Assembly: GCA_038087875.1 (NCBI GenBank)
Contig: CM075992.1
Span: 3,350,001-3,414,000 of the forward strand
Direction of reading: 5' to 3'
DNA length: 64,000 bases
Origin: Malacoraja senta
Lineage: Eukaryota
Shown one piece after another: positions 34,409 through 47,160 of this stretch. Below the pieces are notes generated by a model. That model ran no database searches. It saw nothing but the letters and a program-made list of their open reading frames with translations, and was not told the DNA's origin. Position numbers and translations under genes: made by a program. Each line of letters opens with the position of its first letter. Position 1 is the stretch's first letter.

Positions 34409-35689
34409 AACTGAATTATGTTAAATTCCCATTTAAAGAAAATATAGCTGGTAGCACCACAAATGTTGCTGCGTACCACGGTGAACTTCAAGGAAGCACT
34501 GCAAACACTGGCAAGGTCTATTTAAAAAGACAAATAGAAACTGGGCCCCTGGTGTGCTGAAAGACAGTGTTGAAAATAGGGCCATGGTGTGTATAAAAAC
34601 AGTGCGGGAACAGGGCCCAGTAAGTTCTAACTGAGGTTTGGAAATGGGACCCTGTTGAAATTCACTGCCGAATTTCTTGCTGAGCAAGATGAAAACTGAA
34701 GCAACAACATTGAATACATTTTTGAACTTACTCACGTGCAGAAATATCAGACTTCCTGCTATTCCGCAACAAAATACAAACCGAAGATAGACGCAAAAAG
34801 CGGGAGTAACTCAGCGGCACAGGCAGCATCTCTGGGGAGAAGGAACGGGTGACATTTCGGGTTGAGTCTGAAGAAGGGTCTCAACCCGAAATGTCACCTA
34901 TTGCCAGCTCAATACCCTACTTAACTCTGCACCTTGGTGATTGCCAGTCACCCCCCCCCCCCCCTGGACACTCCTTCCCCCAGTGACTGATTTCCCCCCC
35001 CCCAAAATTTGCACTACTGCTACTGTATATACATATATACAAATTGTGTTTCTTATTTTCTTTTTGTGCTTTTGTAATTGAATTCTGTCCTTGATTTGTG
35101 TACTGTGGTGTTTTTATATTTAATTTATTCCGATTATGTGTTTTGTAGTTTTGTGATTCTATGCCTTGTAAGGTGTCCTTGGGTGTTAGAAAGGCGCCAG
35201 CAAATGAAATGAATTATTATTATTATATATATGTTACTGTTCCATTATTCTGTGTTCGCACTTCTGGGTGGGATGCTAACTGCATTTCGTTGTCTCTGTA
35301 CTTGTACTTGCACAATGACAATAAAGTTTGAATCTGAATCTGAATCTGAATCTACAGAGATGCTGCCTGTCCCGCTGAGTTACTCCGGCATTTTGTGCCT
35401 ATCTTCAGTTTAAACAAGCATCTACAGAACTTTCCTTCCAAAACAAAATCCAAACCATTGTTTGGCACGATCAGGTTTCCTTCCACCTTTCCATTTTACC
35501 ACAGTGACCGAACTTCAGTAGATTTCATTTGCTGTAAAGCGCTTTGGGAAGTCTGAAAATTTGCTATAGAAATGCAAGTCTTTTCACCATGCAAGTACCA
35601 CAACCTTATTATTGTGGTGTGTTACATCATGAGAATAATCCCCACCAATATTCAACTGGACACTAAAATGATAGGAGTGAGATCGATCG

Positions 35690-36335
35690 ATTTACCAAAT
35701 GGTGCCAGCACAATAACCTGGCTCTCAAAACCAGCAAAACCAAGGAACTGATTGTGGACTTTGGAAGGGGTAGGATGGGGACCCACAGTCCCGTTTATAT
35801 CAACGGATCAATGGTGGAAAGGGTCAAGAACTTCAAATTCCTGGGCGTGCATATTTCCCAAGATCTCTCCTGGTCCCAGAACACTGATGCAATTATAAAG
35901 AAAGCACATCAGCGCCTCTACTTCCTGAGAAGATTATGGAGAGTCGGTATGTCAAAGAGGACTCTCTCGAACTTCTACAGGTGCACAGTAGAGAGCCTGT
36001 CGTGGCCTGGTTCGGCAACTTGAGCGTCCAGGAGCGGAAAAGGCTGCAAAAAGTTGTGACCACTGCCCAGTCCATCATCGGCTCTGACCTCCCTACCATC
36101 GAGGGGATCTACCGCAGTCGCTGCCTCAAAAAGGCAGCCACCATCATCAAGGACCCACACCATCCTGGCCATGCACTCATCTCTCCGCTACCATCGGGTA
36201 GAAGGTACAGGAGCCTGAAATCTGCAACATCCAGGTTCAAGAACAGCTTCTTCCCCACAGCCATCGGACTATTAAACTCAACTTTAAACAAACTCTGAAC
36301 TATAACAGCCTATTGCACTTTATCTGTTTATTTAT
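35690..36335 (+). mobile_element. Rex1/Babar-like LINE 3' fragment
   Basis: KTKELIVDF...VERVKNFKFLGVHISQDLSWS..T.AIIKKAHQRLYFLRRL; RFKNSFFPTAI. Confidence 0.85.
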
Positions 36336-36894
36336 GTGTTCAATTCAATTCAAAGCACTTTATTCGTCCCCGAGGGCCAATTTAAAAGGGCGCATTACAG
36401 TAGCTTTTAAAAAAAAGGGACACAATCAACAAACATAAGCAGCACGCATACTGCACAATCAACCAACACACGCATTTCACAGACACACTGCATGCACAAT
36501 CACACAAGACACACAGCACATCAACATTCAACACAAAGTAATAGTTTTCAACACATAGTAATAGTTTTTAAAGTGCTTCCTTACTGCTTCAATTAAAAAG
36601 TGCATATAGAAGGTTATTTCATTTAGAAGGTTATTTCATTTCATATGTTCATGAGTCAGTGATCAGCATTAAGAAGCTGGACAGCCCTGGGGATAAAGGT
36701 TGCCTTCCTCCTCTGTGTCCGGCAACCCGGACAGCGAAGTCTGCGTCCTGAGGGGAGCCACTCAAACTCAGGAAACAGAATGTGTGTGTGTATATATATA
36801 TTCTATGGTATATGGACACACTGATCTGATCTGTATTTATGCCTACTATATTCTGTTGTGCTGCAGCAAGCAAGAATTTCATTGTCCTATGTGG

Positions 36895-37392
36895 GACATA
36901 GAAACATAGAAACATAGAAATTAGGTGCAGGAGTAGGCCATTCGGCCCTTCGAGCCTGCACCGCCATTCAATATGATCATGGCTGATCATCCAACTCAGT
37001 ATCCCGTACCTGCCTTCTCTCCATACCGTCTGATCCCTTTAGCCACAAGGGCCACATCTAACTCCCTCTTAAATATAGCCAATGAACTGGCCTCGACTCC
37101 CCTCTGTGGCAGAGAGTTCCAGAGATTCACCACTCTCTGTGTGAAAAAAGTTCTTCTCATCTCGGTTTTAAAGGATTTCCCCCTTATCCTTAAGCTGTGA
37201 CCCCTTGTCCTGGACTTCCCCAACATCGGGAGCAATCTTCCTGCTTCTAGCCTGTCCAACCCCTTAAGAATTTTGTAAGTTTCTATAAGATCCCCTCTCA
37301 ATCTCCTAAATTCTAGAGAGTATAAACCAAGTCTATCCAGTCTTTCTTCATAACATCCCAGGAATCTGGTGAACCTTCTCTGCACTCCCTCT
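36895..37392 (-). mobile_element. CR1/HER1-like LINE 3' fragment
   Basis: Nearly identical to 7531-7962. Confidence 0.9.
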
Positions 37393-38242
37393 GCACATGA
37401 CAATAAACTCTCTTGACTCTTGACTTGACTTGATAGGAAGCTGAAACACAGAAATAGCAACAGTAACTCAGCACCCAACTCTACCCCACTCTGAAGATAG
37501 AAGATGAACGTAACTCAGCGGGACAGGCATAGTCTCTGGAGAGAGGGAATGGGGAACGTTTCGGGAGTCAAGACCCTTGGTCACCCATTCCTTCTCTCCA
37601 GAGATGCTGCATGTCTCGCTGAGTTACTCCAGCACTTTGTGTCTATCTCTGGAGAAAATGCATTGGCGACGTTTCGGACCGACACCCTTCTTCATTCTCC
37701 CTGTATTATTGTTTACAAAGTTATGGTCAAACGTTGTGATTTAAATATGAAACGTACCTTTTTTTCCTGTCTGGTCCACTTATGTGTGGGTGCACACAGT
37801 CGCTCTTAGCGTGGCTGGATAAATAGAGTTTATATATATATATGTATGGAATATATATTTATAAACGGAGAACTGAAAGGCAAAGGCTTACTGGGTGAAT
37901 GCAAGAAGCCAGAGAGATACAAGGTTGTACTTCCTGTTTTTTTTACAACCACTGTCTGTGCATAACACGTGTGCCACATGCAGAGCTGGAGGGCTGGACT
38001 TGAGGCGAGTTAGTCAGCAACAAAGGTCTTTGGTCAGCAGACCGTGGACAAAACACACACGCACACACAGCAGTTAACAGCAAAGATCCTACAGCAAGCT
38101 ATAGCAAGCTTGGTTAACAGGCAGGCAGGGGTTGCAGACTGAAACACTCGGCGTGTCCGCTCATGTCCCTCAGATGAGAAACAGAACTCGGGTTTCAGGA
38201 AGAAGACCATTCGACAGAAATGGGAAGCAGACAAAAGCATCT

Positions 38243-38643
38243 GAGGGGGTGGGGGTGATGGAAGGGAAGGGGGGGGAGAGGGAAGGGGGGAGAGGGAAGA
38301 GGGGGGGGGAGGGAAGGAGAGGGGGGAGTGGTTGGGAGAGGGAAGAGGATGGGAAGGGGATAGGGTGAGAGAGGGAAGAGAAGGGAGTGGAGGGGGAAGA
38401 TGGGAAGGGGAGAGGGAAAGGGGATAGGGGGAGAGAGGGAAGAGAAGGGAGTGGAGAGGGAAGATGGGAAGAGGAGGGGAAGGGGATAGGGTGAGAGAGG
38501 GAAGAGAAGGGAGTGGAGAGGGAAGATGGGAAGGGGAGAGGGAAAGGGGATAGAGGGGAGAGAGAAGAGAAGGGAGAAAGGAAAGGAGAGGGAAGAGAAA
38601 GGACGAGGGTGGGGGGGAGAGGGAAGAGTGGGGGGAGGGGGAG
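38243..38643. repeat. Purine-rich (GA) low-complexity minisatellite
   Basis: Repeating GAGAGGGAAGAGAAGGGAGTGG-type units. Confidence 0.85.
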
Positions 38644-40208
38644 ACATCGCAGACTAAAGTCTGAAGAAGGGTCTCAACCCGGAACGTCACCCATCCCTTC
38701 TCTCCAGAGATGCTGCCTGAGTTACTCCAGCACTTTGTGCCTATCTCACAGGCTGTAAACCGAACGACCATGAGGCACTCTGTAGACAAGGTTATCCGAT
38801 CAGTGAGTGAATGGAAGCTGAATTAGGACAACAGAGACAAACACAAAAATGCTGGAGTAACTCAGCAGGGACAGGCAGCATCTCTGGAGAGAAGGAATGG
38901 GTGACGTATCGGGTCGAGACTCGTCACCAGACCTTTAGTGGGAACTGGGCAATTTTAGAGATTAAAACAAAATAGTTGCAGAGAAAGTGGGAAGAAGTGG
39001 AAAGAACAATGTTGGCGACAATCCAACTGTGCTGTAATTGTCACACAAAGTGCTGGAGTAACTCAGTGGGTCAGGCAGCATCTCTGGAGAACATGGGATA
39101 GTTGACGTTTCAGGTCGGGACCCTTCTTCAGACCAATAGCAAAGTTTGAATAAGGAGTAAGCCATTTAGAACGGAGACGAGGAAACACTTTTTCTCACAG
39201 AGAGTGGTGAGTCTGTGGAATTCTCTGCCTCAGAGGGCGGTGGAGGCAGGTTCTCCAGATGCTTTCAAGAGAGAGCTAGATAGGGCTCTTAAAAATAGCG
39301 CAGTCAGGGGATACGGGGAGAAGGCAGGAACGGGGTACTGATTGGGGATGATCAGCCATGATCACATTGAATGGCGGTGCTGGCTCGAAGGGCCGAATGG
39401 CCTACCCCTGCACCTATTGTCGATTGTCTCCTGCACCTATTGTCTGATGAAGGGTTTCGGCCCGAAACGTTGCCTATTTCCCTCGCTCCATAGATGCTGC
39501 TGCACCTGCTGAGTTTCTCCAGCATTTTTGTCTACCTTCGATTTTCCAGCATCTGCAGTTCCTTCTTAAACACCTATTGTCTATTGTCTGTTGTAATAGT
39601 GAGCACAGTGTATTGTGCCCCAGTATTTAATTGAAGAAAATTTCTGAAAATTTCTGTCTGTTTAATGTTATCTGTTGAGGTTGGAATTGGAGAAGCGCAT
39701 GGATCTCAGATGTCCATCGAACAGAGTGATGGGGAGAGTTTTCAAATATTTTCCCATGAAAGTATTTTGAAAAGTGTTTTGTCCTTTTACACATGAGTTA
39801 TGCTGTTTTCTTTCCTTCCATTTGCGATTTCTGGTTGTGACTCAGTTTGGACAGGAGAGTTTTGTGATTTATCTGTTTTTCAACAATGTAACATTACCTC
39901 AGACATCCTACATCATTCAGTTTGCAACAGTAGGTTAGAGACTCAACATTATATGGTGTTAACAGATGCTGTCCCATGAACATACATCTACCCATTTTGA
40001 AAACCTATGTAGAGTCTCAATGTATTCGTGAAGACATTAAAAAAAAACCAAAGACAAACATTTTTAAATTATTGCTTAGCCCCCAAAATTAATCAAAGTA
40101 AGAGGCTTACGTCTGAAGAGGCTCAGTCTGAAGAAGGGTCTCGACCCGAAACGTCACCCATTACTTCTCTTCATGCTGCTGTCCTGCTGAGTTACTCCAG
40201 CATTTTCA

Positions 40209-41332
40209 CAAATCACAATCACAATCACACAATCACACAATCACAATCACACAATCACACAATCACACAATCACACAATCACAATCACACAATCACACAA
40301 TCATCACACGATCACAATCACACAATCACACAATCATCACACGATCACAATCACACAATCACACAATCACAATCATCACACAATCACACAATCACACAAT
40401 CACAATCACACAATCACACAATCATCACACAATCACACAATCACAATCACACAATCACACAATCACACAATCATCACACAATCACACAATCACACAATCA
40501 CACAATCACACAATCACACAATCACAATCACACAATCACACAATCACACAATCACAATCACACAATCACAATCACATAATCACAATCACACAATCACACA
40601 ATCATCACACAATCACAATCACACAATCACAATCACACACAATCACACAATCACACAATCACACAATCACACAATCACACAATCACAATCACACAATCAC
40701 ACAATCACAATCACACAATCACACAATCACACAATCACACAATCACAATCACACAATCACACAATCACAATCACACAATCACAATCACATAATCACATAA
40801 ACACAATCATCACACAATCACACAATCACACAATCACACAATCACACAATCACAATCACACAATCACAATCACATAATCACATAAACACAATCATCACAC
40901 AATCACACAATCACACAATCACAATCACACAATCACAATCACACAATCACAATCACATAATCACAATCACATAATCACAATCACACAATCACAATCACAC
41001 AATCACACAATCACAATCACACGCAATCACACATTCACACAATCACACAATCACAATCACACAATCACAATCATCACACAATCACACAATCACAATCACA
41101 CAATCATCACACAATCACACAATCACAATCACACAATCACACAATCACAATCATACAATCACAATCACAAAATCATTACACAATCACACAATCATTACAC
41201 AATCACAATCACACAATCCCCAAATCACAATCACAATCACACAATCACAATAACACAATCACAATCACACAATCATCACACAATCACAATCGCACAATCA
41301 CACAATCCCAAAATCACAATCACAATCACAAT
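40209..41332. repeat. (CACAAT/CACACAAT)n array of about 1.1 kb
   Basis: Read directly from the sequence; abuts the tail of a LINE-like repeat. Confidence 0.95.
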
Positions 41333-41606
41333 AATACTTTATTAGCCAAGTTTGTTTTGCAACATATGAGGAATGTCATTTGCCAAGTCAGTCATACAAA
41401 TGTAAATGAACGGAACACACAAAATGCATTTGAACACAAACATCCACCACAGTGATGTTGTGTCTTTGGTATGTCACATGTACTGAGGTACAGTGAAATT
41501 CATTTTTGTGTACAGTTCAGCAGGTATCACTGTACATAAGCACTTTGAAACATATTAGATAAGCACATCAGATGCAGTACAAGTGTATACAGTAGCAGTA
41601 GTACAC

Positions 41607-41743
41607 TCTTCTTCTTTCGTGTGGCGTGCACAGCCTAAAGTTGTTGGACAACTTGTTCTATTTGATCTTCCGTTTGTGCACGTCGAGTTGATTGCATTAG
41701 TCGAAACAGGACGGACCACGTGAAGGTTGCAATCTTCCACCCC
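41607..41743 (-). mobile_element. HDV-ribozyme-headed SINE, 13-bp TSD
   Basis: TSD AGCAGTAGTACAC at 41594-41606 and 41744-41756; the ribozyme fold is intact on the minus strand at 41690-41743. Confidence 0.9.
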
Positions 41744-42846
41744 AGCAGTAGTACACAGACACAGTATGGAGAGTCGCCACTTTGGTGCCACTTTCAAGTC
41801 CCAGTTTATAAATGGAGAGTTGTTCCTGAAATCCAAGGAAGTTTGCAATATCCCTGACCAGTTGGCCAGAAATTGCAGAACTGAAACCAACTGAAGAAAT
41901 GCTGACATACATTTTTTCAATATTTTTCAGAGAAATTATGGAACAGGAAGCTGACAGATCATCAGATTATATCACTTGTGATCTAAAATTAAAACAGTAA
42001 TGGAAATAGCAAGGTTGTTCATCCCAACTTGAGCTTCAGGAGGTGGGATAACCCAGGATTATGAAAGTTGAGGCTTGGCGGCTGCTACTTGAAGGCAAAC
42101 TGTGAGGCAACTTGACCTTAGGTTAGAGTTTCTGAGGAACCACACTGTTTCCTCCTCCACATCTGGCAATCCCACTAAAACCCCTTCTCAGCAATCCCCG
42201 TCCTCTGTGGCAGCTCACAGAATGTTGGGAATAGGAGATGAAATGTCAGGTCCAAATGTTAGCAGAAGGCAATGCCATCGGATTCCTGCCTCTGGTCCTA
42301 GACTCTCCCACTGGTGGGAAATTGGAAGGGCCGGTTTCCGCGCTGTATCTTTAAAGTCTAAAGAGTCCGTGCTGTTCCCATCAAACCCATTCCACTGCTT
42401 ATCAGCTGTAATTTATTCTCTCTCCGAAACCCATTGTTAACTGCCTTCAGTGAACTGACCATGTACTTATACCGGGGAAATGTACACTTAAACTACACCA
42501 CCTGCAGTTTGGGGATATGGGAGGAAACTAGAACACCTAGAAGAGATTCACTGGATCACAGGGAGCAGGTCAGGATTGGGCCCACGTCTCGTCACTGCAC
42601 TGCCTGCTGCACTACTGTGCTGCAACTTGTGTTTCGTTTACATTTAGCCTGACTTCCCTGCTCTCCATTGCATGATTTGTCCAATAGGGGTAAGGATCTA
42701 AAACAAGAAGATGTTGGTCATTCCCTTATGTCTTTGAGTTTCAGTGCCTCCGTTTAGATTTCTTCTCGGCAAACACAGTTTTCTCAGCCTTACACAGTTC
42801 CAAAAGAAAGGCTAATTCACACACACAACACAACACTCACACACAC

Positions 42847-43145
42847 GGCACGGTGGCGCAGCGGTAGAGTTGCTGCCTCACAGCGCCAGAGACCCGGGTT
42901 CCATCCCGACTACGGGTGCTGTCTGTACGGAGTTTGTACCTTCTCCCCATGACCCGCGTGGGTTTTCTCCAAGATCTCCCGTTTCCTCCAACGCTCCTAA
43001 GACGTACAGGTTTGTAGGATAATTGGTATAAATGTAAATTGTACCTAGTGTGTGTAAGATAGTGTTAGTGTGCGGGGATCGCTGGTCAGCGCCGACTCGA
43101 TGGGCCGAAGGGCCTGTTTCCACACTATCTCCAAACTAAACTAAA
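42847..43145 (+). mobile_element. HE1-like V-SINE, full length
   Basis: GGCACGGTGGCGCAGCGGTAGAG head, V-core and (CTAAA)n tail. Confidence 0.9.
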
Positions 43146-43185
43146 ATAAACACACACCTCTCATAATCTGACTGATATAAAGATA

Positions 43186-44162
<977 letters not shown>

Positions 44163-44254
44163 ATAGAAACATACAAAAATAGGCGCAGGAGTAGACCATT
44201 CGGCCCTTCGAGCCAGTAACACCATTAAATATGATCATGGCTGATCATCTAAAC

Positions 44255-44955
44255 CAGGGGTGGGGAACCTTTCCATGTTGGAATGCCGCATTAAGTTAGC
44301 TATAATCTAATAAGGCCGCATCCAAGAAACTTCAATCAGATATACTTCAAAATGTACATTATTTTGTAAAAATCTAACTACTATCTACTAACTTCAAGAA
44401 AATGAAAAAAATTGTTAATTCTAAAGTTAATTAACCTTTTAATGACTTTGTTGTGACTGCTTTTTGTGGGAAAGCATTTGAATATTTGGTAGCAACATGG
44501 AGGTACGCAGTTTCAGCTGATCTTCTAGATGGGTATCCGTCATTTGTGACCTTAAGGGCGCCTTGATTTGGGTTAGGTAGGAGAATGTAGATACGCAGCA
44601 ATAAGTGGTTGAAAAGCAAGGAAGCGTTTTTCGTGCATGTCAAAGTTAAAGTACGTTCTAGAGTCGCATTCGAACTAAATCATGAGTGTAAAAGGTGTTA
44701 AAATAGCCCTCATGACTTACTAATGTTTTATTTGTGGCCGTCAGTTGGGGAGGATTATTTTGTTGAATCTTCTTTTACTCTTTGGTATTTTAAATCCGTT
44801 CATTTTAAGATTAAAATAAAAATAATAAGACAAACAAAAACATATTAATAAAAATAAAAGGACTTGTTCTACAAAATTTGGATTCATTCAAAAGGCCGCA
44901 CTTAATGGCCTAGAAGGCCGCATGTGGCCTTAAGGCTGCAGGTTCCCCATCCCTG
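44255..44955. mobile_element. Non-autonomous hAT (Charlie-like) DNA transposon inserted in a CR1 fragment
   Basis: TIRs CAGGGGTGGGGAACCT / AGGTTCCCCATCCCTG; 8-bp TSD ATCTAAAC/ACCTAAAC; CR1 sequence continues on both sides. Confidence 0.85.
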
Positions 44956-47027
44956 ACCTAAACTCAGTACCCCGTTCCTGCTTTCTCCCCATATCCCTTC
45001 ATTCCTTCAGCCCTAAGAGCTAAATTTAACTCTCTCTTGAAAACATCCAGTGAATTGGCCTCCACTGCCTTCTGTGGCAGAGAATTCCACAGATTCACAA
45101 CTCTCTGGGTGAAGTTTTCCTCGTCTCAGTTTTTCCTCATCTCAGTCCTAAATGGCCTACACTTTATTCTTAAACTGTGACCCCTGGTTCTGGACTCCCC
45201 CAACATCGGGAACATTTTTCCTGCATCTAGCCTGTCCAATCCGTTAAGAATTTTAAGTTTCAAAAAGATCCCCTCTCATTCCAGTGAATATGATCTGACA
45301 CACACACACATACATAGACAAACACAAATGCAAATGAACACCAAGTAGTTTTATTGTGATCTCTCACATTTATTGAATTGACAAAGTGATTGGAAAAGCA
45401 ACTGCTGGGGAGAGTTAAAAACATCAATCAATTTAAAGAACAGAGATTAAATACGTTAAAGCAGAAAGCAAAATGTTGACCATCTCTTGACAAAAATCCT
45501 TTGGATTTATGGTGTGTCTGTTTAAACTCTAATAATCTGGCAAAACCAAATGTCCAGCAAAACTGAGTGCGTGTAATATTAAACTGTTTTTAATGATATT
45601 ATTACAAAATGATATCACAATAAAATTAATATTGTTACTATTGATAGAAAATCTGCTCGTCCAGGTCCACCAAAGTCCCACGGGTTATAGCAGTTTTACA
45701 GAGAATGGCTTAGGGAGAGGGAAGTTGCATTTACATGGTGCCTATCAATCAATCATTGCATTTGTGATTGTAACGCAGGGAAAGTTGTGTGGATGTAGTT
45801 GCCTGGCCTTGTGTGTCGGACGGAACTGGTTCAAACCGAAGATACACCCAAAAGATGCTGGTTTAAACTGAAGATAGACCCAAAAAGCCGGAGTAACTCA
45901 GCGGGACAGGCAGCATCTCTGGAGAGAAGGAATGGGTGACGTTTCGGGTTGAGACAGAGAACCATAGAAAACAGGTGCAGGAGTAGACCATTCGGTCCTT
46001 CGAGCCATTCAATTTGATCATGGCTGATCATCCAAAATCAGTACCCCCGTTTCTGCTTTCTTCCCATACCCCTTGATTCCGTTAGCCCAAAGAGCTATAT
46101 CTAACTCGCTCTTGAAAACATCCAGTGAATTGGCCTCCACTGCCTTCTGTGGCAGAGAATTCCACAGATTCACAACTCTCTGGCTTCTTCAGAACCCGAA
46201 AACTGGCAAATCATCAGATTGTATGACTTGTGATCCTCAGTAAAATTAAAACAGTAATGGAAATAGCAAGGCTGTTCCTCCCAACTTGAACTTCAGGAGG
46301 TGGGATAACCCAGGATTATGAAAGTTGAGGCTTGGCCGCTGCTACTTGAAGGCAAACTGTGAGGCAACTTGACCTTCGGTTAGAGTTTCTGAGGAACCAC
46401 ACTGTTTCCTCCTCCAGATCTGGCAATCCCATTAAAACCCCTTCTCAGCAATCCCCATCCTCTGTGGCAGCTCACAGTATCGATGGAAGAATGTTGGGAA
46501 TAGGAGATGAAATGTCAGGTCCAAATGTTAGCAGAAGGCAATGGAAATGCAGACAATGCCATCGGATTCCTGCCCCTGGTCCTAGACTCTCCCACTGGTG
46601 GGAAATTGGAAGGGCCTGTTTCCGCGGGAAACAGGCCCTTCAAACTCTCTCTTGAATACATAAATAATGTGATGTGTGATAGATCGGCCATGATTGAATG
46701 GCAGAGTAGACTTGATGGAATCTCTCTTGAAAACATCCAGTGAATTGGCCTCCACTGCCTTCTGTGGCAGAGAATTCCACGGATTCTCAACTCTCTGGCT
46801 TCTTCAGAACCCAAAAACGTCACCTATTCCTTTTCTCCAGCTATGCTGCCTGAACGGCTGAATCGCTCCAGCTTTTTGTGTCTATCTTTAGTTGCCTGGC
46901 CAGGCCTGGGAATGGTTGTGTGGAGTTGAATGCAATGCCTCTTGAGTGGGCACGATTGTTCTTTGCTCAGGACCCAGCGGAGTGATCTGATCGGCCGGGC
47001 TGGTCCAGGTTGGAGGCCGGAGGATGT

Positions 47028-47160
47028 TCATACCAGGTTTCTCTTTTGCTCACAAACCCAGCGACGCTTCTGGTCACAGTTGGCGTCATTCCATTTTCCA
47101 TGAATTTGAGCGCAATCTTCCTCACCCCCGGCATTGTTGGGTTCACCTGCATTCCAGTCC
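47028..47160 (-). CDS. C-type lectin last exon
   Basis: [47 protein letters not shown]; EPN and WND motifs. Confidence 0.93.

Noticed and set aside
42847..42915. tRNA genes
   Set aside because: The A/B-box sequences are heads of V-SINEs, continuous with the SINE core and tail.
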